A stretch of DNA of 64,000 bases, taken from positions 1,024,001-1,088,000 of the forward strand of contig CAWDTA010000002.1 in NCBI GenBank assembly GCA_963805085.1. Reading direction: 5' to 3'. The notes beneath the pieces were generated by a model. It searched no databases and had not been told where the DNA came from. It was given only the letters and a program-made list of their open reading frames with translations. The stretch is from an uncultured Veillonellaceae bacterium (GTDB lineage Bacteria; Bacillota; Negativicutes; JARBTT01). A program made the translations under genes and the position numbers. The first letter of the stretch is position 1. The number at the start of each line of letters is the position of its first letter. Positions 61,001-64,000 of the stretch are shown here, piece by piece.

Positions 61001-62120
61001 ACAAGAAATTGTCATTTCGGAGCTCAAAAAGTATTTAGAGCGAACATTACCTCATTATATGGTTCCGTCAGCTTTTGTACAGCTTGAAAAAATGCCGTTA
61101 ACATCAAACGGGAAAATCGATAGAAAGACACTGCCAGAACCGCAAGGAAGGGTGCAGACCAAAATGGAATATGTAGCACCGAAAAATCAAGTGGAAGAAA
61201 AGCTGGCAGAGATTTGGCAGGATATTTTAGGGGTTGAAAAAGTTGGGACTAAAGATAATTTCTTTGAACTTGGCGGTTATTCCCTAAAAGTTATAACCCT
61301 TGTTGCTAGAATATGTGAGGAATTTGGTGTAGAAATACCTTATGACCAAATTTTTAAGAATCCTACGATATCAGAACTTGCAAAATGCACTGAAAAATCG
61401 GATACGGCTAGAAAGGTATACAGCGATTATATAAGGTTTAACGAAAGTAATGGTAATAAACCGAACCTGTTCTTCTTTCCTCCGGCAGTGCCATTGGGGC
61501 TGATCTATAGGCAGCTAGCGGCTGAATTGGAAGAGTATACGTTATATTGCTTTAATTTAGTTGAAACTGAAGCTAAAATCAAAGAATATGTAAAAATGAT
61601 AACTGGCATACAATGGCAAGGTCCATACATTTTGGCTGGGTTTTCCGCAGGTGGAATCTTGACAGTTGCGGTTGCAAGAGAATTAGAACAGCAAGGTTAT
61701 GATGTAGCGGGAATCGTTTTGTTAGATTGCCAATATGTAAAAATACCAGAAGAGAGCATGGAACTTTTGATGGAACGTGTTGATGCCTACATGGTAAATA
61801 TGGATGTATCTAAAAAAGAAAAGAAGAATATCAAAAAATTCATTCAAAATAAGACAATGAATTATTTAACTTATCTTAATGGCATAATTAACGATGAAAA
61901 AATTACAGCCAATATATATCAGATATATTCTCATAAAGAGCAGCAAAACTGTTCCAAGGCTGATGAATGGAGGCAGAAATCCACAGGGACATATTTGGAA
62001 TACAAGGGCTTTGGCACACATGATGCTATGTTAGAAGCTGATTATGTAAAAGAAAATGCTCAGATTGTAAAACAAATAGTGGGTGTCTTGCAACCAGAAA
62101 AATGGGGTGGAAAAATATGA
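52041..62120 (+). CDS. NRPS: [C(DCL)-A(Leu)-T]-[C-A(Glu?)-T]-[C-A(Ile)-T]-TE
   Basis: LSPMQEGML and WSFHHIIMDGWC (DCL type); A codes DAWFLGHVVK, DAKDLGVDIK, DGFFLGAVFK; TE motifs GFSAGG and GTHDAML. Confidence 0.95.
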   Translation: MSNVKKKDNKKIKDIYLLSPMQEGMLYHSLLYSESNAYFEQSFLSIEGSLDVKFLEESLNMLIERYDILRTVFVYENVERPVQVVMKARKGHIHFEDITNFSDLEKKAFIEKFKMDDRQKGFDLRKDLPMRISVVRTGNESYKLVWSFHHIIMDGWCMGIIRKEFLAIYHSLKENRQPNLGPVYPYSDYIKWLTKQSREEAALYWERYLKEYEELVGLPQNRDIVMDGKYELAEVVFQINENTRIGLENIVKKNNVTLSTIVQSAWGILLQRYNNTEDVVFGAVVSGRPHEIKGIENMVGLFINTLPVRIKCGGDESFTELVDKVQQFAVESERYSYCPLAEIQSNTGLKSSLVDHIVVFENYPIEEGLGANEIGFAVGDSEAYEQTNYNFNMIVILGKELTVKFNYNALVYDQIFIKRIQGHFQAVINSIIKNPNILVKDIDILTEKERQELLSFNNTQVEYPKYKRINELFEEQVEKNPDSIAVKFEEKKLTYKVLNNKANQLARLLCKKGVKRDGIVGIMAERSPEMIIGIMAILKAGGAYLPIDPEYPEDRISYMLADSGAEILLTQQHLISQEYSDKEILSLDDPKLYYGDNSNLFIEHNARDLAYVIYTSGSSGKPKGVEIEHTSLVNLVAWHQRVYNITYMDRASQLAGQAFDASVWEIWPYLTAGAQLCIPSNETRASTTGLIQWLKDNLITISFMPTPMAEALLAEEWPGDFRLRALLTGGDKLHRRPSKELPFTLVNHYGPTENTVVTTCASVSSAEPKDILPSIGRPIDNTQIYIVDKNNNLQPVGIAGELCIYGDGLAKGYLNRPELTAEKFVANPFVPGKRMYRSGDLARWLPDGNIEFLGRIDYQVKIRGFRIELGEIEAELINYPSMKEAVVIDKEDTNGQKYLCAFIVAEQELNTKELRAYLSHTLPAYMVPSIFIQLEKLPLTPNGKIDKKGLPEPEGRISIGTEYVAPRNEREEKLAQIWQNVLGVEKVGIEDNFFELGGHSLKAISLVAKVHKEFGAEISLQQIFKNQTVKELIKTIDGVTENNYAAIESIVEQEYYPVSSAQKRMFILNQLEANSTAYNMSVAFKVEGILNKQRFEEVWEKLIKRHEALRTAFELINEEPVQRVYKEVSFNIECSCGKKEEIKDIFQNFVRPFDLSKAPLLRVGLIELAEDSHVVLFDMHHIISDGVSMGILAKELASLYEGAELPELQIQYKDFSAWQKKLLTSENFKQQEAYWLQTLGGELPVLNMPTDYPRPSVKGFEGDLLKFSLDEELTRNLNKLAMETGTTLYMVLMAAYNILLSKYTAQEDIIIGTPITGRHHANLDNIIGMFVNTLVMRNFPEGNKIFLEFLREVKENALQGFEHQDYQFEELVDKLDVPRDLSRNPLFDMMFSLQNMDIAALEFNGLKLFPYEFTNKAAKFDLSLEVVEANKCLEFTLQYYTKLFKRESIERLCRHFVNILKSIVIQPQIKIADIEFLSENEKNQILYDFNNTEAAYPIDQTIPRMFEAQVEKIPNHIAVTFAEQHLTYEELNNKANQLARVLRNKGVRPNSIVGIMVERSLEMMIGIMGILKAGGAYLPIDPKYPLDRICYMLKDSGASIVLTQEHLLHIAPFKGETIQLDHQGLYSGDSSNLIPVSTLRGLAYVIYTSGTTGHPKGVMIEQRNVINLVYDLRDRVYGKYASSLNVALLSPYVFDASIKQIFPALLLGHNLCIVPENIRFERAGLLDFYRKNNIDISDGTPAHLSVFNSISKSNEYLGVKEFLIGGEALSYSVVQEFRNHFNKSNIKITNVYGPTECCDIATTHEVDCDENHLSDIALLGKPISNVKIYILGKNFMILPVNNIGEVYICGQGVGRGYLNNPELTAEKFMDNPFMQGERMYRTGDLARWLPDGTIEFFGRIDHQVKIRGFRIEVGEIEAELLRHQSIKETVVIDKEGINGDKYLCAYFVAKQELTIAELRKFLSKKIPDYMIPSAFVQLTKMPLTPNGKIDRKVLPEPEGRINTGTKYVAPRTQEEEKLVEIWQTVLGTEKVGIEDNFFELGGHSLKAITLVGKIHKEFGAEISLQEVFKAQTIKEMIKTIEDVGESDYATIEPVATQEYYPVSSAQKRMFILNQFESENITYNMPAVFIVEGTLDKERLENGFKKLIQRHETLRTSFEVVNREPVQRVHKKIEFTIDSMQRGKEDIKEIIKAFVRPFDLGKATLLRVGLVELNKDKHILLFDMHHIISDGVSMGILVKELIGLYQGHELPKLRIQYKDFSAWQNDLFQSKALKKQEAHWLKIFAGEIPVLNMPSDYPRPIVRSFEGDRFNVSIEEELTEALNKLAMQTGTTLYMVLLAAYNVLLSKYTGQQDIIVGSPITGRAHDDLENMVGMFVNTLAMRNNPVENKSFLDFLQEVKDNALDAYEYQDYQFEELVDKLNIERNLSRNPLFDTMFVVQNTNTTTLEINNLRFSPCEFEHKVAKFDLTVEAIEINNRLELILEYYTKLFKKETIERFGRHFVNLLKSITMQPQCKLGDLEFVSVEEKRQILVDFNNTKRAYPKDKTIQKLFEEQVEKNPDHIAVIFEEKRLTYRELNNKANQLARTLRKKGVKANSIVGIMVERSPKMIIGIMGILKAGGAYLPIDPEYPAERTNYMLEDSETRILVTQQKLIESITFNGEIVDIDDFELYEEDTRNLVAVNTSQDLAYVIYTSGSTGKPKGVLTMHYNVVRVAKNTNYIEITRNDVLLQLSNYAFDGSVFDIYGALLNGAKLVLVDKENVVDMNRLSKVIDQEKVTVFFITTALFNTLVDVNIECLKNIRKVLIGGEQSSVRHVRKAYEYMGSGRIVNAYGPTETTVFATYYEVNHIEEGQLTIPIGKPIANTRIYVLDKGGKLQPIGAPGEVYISGDGLARGYLNRPELTDEKFVEDPFALGERMYRTGDLAKWLPDGNIEFLGRIDHQVKIRGFRIELGEIEAELLKHPVIKEVLVLAKNDVSGNRYLCAYLIGEQEIVISELKKYLERTLPHYMVPSAFVQLEKMPLTSNGKIDRKTLPEPQGRVQTKMEYVAPKNQVEEKLAEIWQDILGVEKVGTKDNFFELGGYSLKVITLVARICEEFGVEIPYDQIFKNPTISELAKCTEKSDTARKVYSDYIRFNESNGNKPNLFFFPPAVPLGLIYRQLAAELEEYTLYCFNLVETEAKIKEYVKMITGIQWQGPYILAGFSAGGILTVAVARELEQQGYDVAGIVLLDCQYVKIPEESMELLMERVDAYMVNMDVSKKEKKNIKKFIQNKTMNYLTYLNGIINDEKITANIYQIYSHKEQQNCSKADEWRQKSTGTYLEYKGFGTHDAMLEADYVKENAQIVKQIVGVLQPEKWGGKI

Positions 62121-63394
62121 AGCTCGTTCAACTGGCTGGCTTATATTTCTTAGGAACTGAGGCGTTTACTTCATCAAATAGCATGAGGGCAACAGTGGTT
62201 CTTAAGGAAAAAATTAATAATAAAAAATTGGTTCAAAGTTATAGAAAACTAATCTCTGAAAATCGATTACTCCAAACGAAAGTTATTGAATCCCCTGAAA
62301 AGAACAAATTTGAATGGGGACAGTTTTCTTCGGAAGAGCTAGAGCAATTACTCAAATTTGAAGAGTGGAAGCTTAGTAAAAAGTATGATAAAGATACTCT
62401 GTTAAAGGAGTATTACCCGACCAATACACGCCTGCCCTTCAACATATCTGTAGTGGATGAATACACGGTTGTTATTTGTATGAATCATATTATTGCAAAC
62501 GGTAAGTGTTTGGTTTTTTGGATTCAAAAATTGCTTCAATATTATGAGGGGAATCAACCCAAAAGCATACAAGAAAAAACCACAAATATGGATTTTTGGC
62601 ATGGTATATTACGCATGATGAAAAAGCTCATTGCTTTCCTATGGCTGCCAGTTTTTCTTACTGAATTTATCTGCAGAGCTGGCAAGAATGCTGGAAAGGA
62701 CGTTGTAGACTTAAGTTATGGTAAAACTCCTGAGAAAAGTAATAACTATGCCACCAAGTCATATAGTTTTGGCAGGGAGGACACTAAAAAATTATTGCTG
62801 CTATGCAAGGCTAAAAAAATGACGTTAACAGAATATATCTGCGAAAGGGTGGTCAACGGTTTATTTCAGTACGTACCTGATAAAAAACGTGTTGCTATTT
62901 CAATGCCTATGGATATAGGTCTAATTTCGCCTTATTCACCGGAAAATGCCTATGGAAACTTGATAGCAAGTCTTCCGGCACAATTTTTTCGAGATAGAGA
63001 AATAGATAAGCAAGTTAAATCTGTATTTCGTTGGTTTAAAAAGGGCATTCCTTATAGTTTGGCATGCTTAGCAGCTAATGTTTCTATATCTTACGAAAAA
63101 GTTAAAACACAATGGTTAGAGCAGAGTAAAAAACCTATACCAGAAAGGTCCCCGTTAGGGGACTTTTCGCTTACCTATTCCAATTTGGGCATTATATCAT
63201 ATCCTGTGATGGAGAGATTGGTCGATTCGATCTATTTCTCCTTTAAGACACAATCGGTCCTTTTGGTTTCCTCTACTATTTCAGGTAAGTTATGCATGAA
63301 AATAAGTTTATCAAAGGATCTCTATAATACTGAGGAAGTATTCAAGCTATTTGATCAAATACTATCTATAGAATATTTAGATAATTCAAAATAA
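62117..63394 (+). CDS. Stand-alone condensation-like / CoA-dependent acyltransferase-fold protein with variant motif NHIIANG
   Basis: ATGA overlap with the NRPS3 stop; MNHIIANG resembles HxxxDG; YGNLIAS and SNLG motifs are typical of AATase/PapA5-like folds. Confidence 0.6.
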   Translation: MKLVQLAGLYFLGTEAFTSSNSMRATVVLKEKINNKKLVQSYRKLISENRLLQTKVIESPEKNKFEWGQFSSEELEQLLKFEEWKLSKKYDKDTLLKEYYPTNTRLPFNISVVDEYTVVICMNHIIANGKCLVFWIQKLLQYYEGNQPKSIQEKTTNMDFWHGILRMMKKLIAFLWLPVFLTEFICRAGKNAGKDVVDLSYGKTPEKSNNYATKSYSFGREDTKKLLLLCKAKKMTLTEYICERVVNGLFQYVPDKKRVAISMPMDIGLISPYSPENAYGNLIASLPAQFFRDREIDKQVKSVFRWFKKGIPYSLACLAANVSISYEKVKTQWLEQSKKPIPERSPLGDFSLTYSNLGIISYPVMERLVDSIYFSFKTQSVLLVSSTISGKLCMKISLSKDLYNTEEVFKLFDQILSIEYLDNSK

Positions 63395-63416
63395 AAATTA
63401 AGGAGACGATAGTAAT

Positions 63417-64000
63417 ATGTGTAAAATAAACTCGGGATTAATCTACAAAGAGTATCCAATGACTTCGTATCAAAAAGATATCTGGGTAGAGCAGTGTCTA
63501 TACTCGGAAAAACCGATTTATAATCTAGGTGCATTCATAAATATTAATGGGAAAATAAATCAGGATATTTTAAATCAAGCAATTGATACATTAATAAAAA
63601 ATCATGACTCTTTACGAACGAATGTAATTGATAAGAATGGAGAACCTTATCTGAAAATATTAGCAGAAATTGCATATGAAGTTCCGTTTTATGATTTTTC
63701 TAACAAAGAAAATTCTAATGTAATGTGCTTAGATTGGATGAGAAAGGAATTTTTAAAGCCTATTGATTTTGGAGGTATTCTATTTCAATTTGCGTTACTT
63801 AAGGCTGATGATAATACCTACTTTTGGTTTATGAAATATCACCATATCATAATTGATGGCTTTGGGATAGGTATAGTATATAAGCAAGTTATTGAAACTT
63901 ATAACCAATTGATGGTGGGCTCTGCAGACAATGAAAGAATAACGTATTCCTACACAGATTTTATTGCCGATCATCAGAAATACCTTGATTCCCAGACTTT
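63417..64000 (+). CDS. NRPS beginning with a starter-type condensation domain (3'-truncated by window edge)
   Basis: RBS AAGGAG; MCKINSGLIYKEYPMTSYQKDIW...YNLG...HDSLRT...KYHHIIIDGFG; open to the window end; not in the ORF track. Confidence 0.88.
   Translation, partial: MCKINSGLIYKEYPMTSYQKDIWVEQCLYSEKPIYNLGAFININGKINQDILNQAIDTLIKNHDSLRTNVIDKNGEPYLKILAEIAYEVPFYDFSNKENSNVMCLDWMRKEFLKPIDFGGILFQFALLKADDNTYFWFMKYHHIIIDGFGIGIVYKQVIETYNQLMVGSADNERITYSYTDFIADHQKYLDSQT

Noticed and set aside
29410-62602. Many short antisense ORFs recurring within the NRPS genes (e.g. MPSGNHLARSP..., MRTCLTELCSPP...)
   Set aside because: These are shadow frames of repeated NRPS modules; their recurrence reflects module duplication, not independent genes.
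1-64000. tRNA, rRNA, integrase or transposase, PPTase, MbtH or exporter genes
   Set aside because: None recognised in this window; BGC accessory genes may lie beyond 64000.

Overview
Low-GC genomic window from an anaerobic, probably diderm Firmicute (Negativicutes-like; inferred from Firmicute-type PTS/agr genes plus a beta-barrel outer-membrane protein ending in Phe). Positions 1-18.7 kb look like core genome: three tandem chemoreceptors (MCPs); VanW-, PRC-barrel- and TPR-protein genes; an HPr-PAS-PAS-AAA+ sigma54 activator with a -24/-12 promoter in front of ptsHI; a four-subunit 2-oxoacid:ferredoxin oxidoreductase; ung; and a tandem HD/HD-GYP protein. After a decayed dicarboxylate/amino-acid symporter remnant (~18.9 kb) an accessory region starts. 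It contains an OMP gene, then a consensus sigmaA promoter with a c-di-GMP-I riboswitch and terminator in front of an agr-like quorum-sensing operon (agrC-agrB-agrD-agrA). This is followed by a LoaP-type antiterminator, a type II thioesterase, an embedded MCP, a FAAL and a hybrid PKS/NRPS line (1 PKS + 8 NRPS modules + TE). The predicted product is a 3-hydroxyacyl octapeptide, about Ile/Val-Glu?-Ile-Phe-D-Ser-Leu-Glu?-Ile. A stand-alone condensation-like acyltransferase and a second NRPS with a starter-type C domain follow and run off the window. Matching 21-bp-period triple direct repeats sit at identical distances upstream of the putative agrD and loaP promoters, suggesting a c-di-GMP -> peptide quorum sensing -> antitermination -> lipopeptide cascade. 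All calls come from motif reading by eye; no database searches were run.
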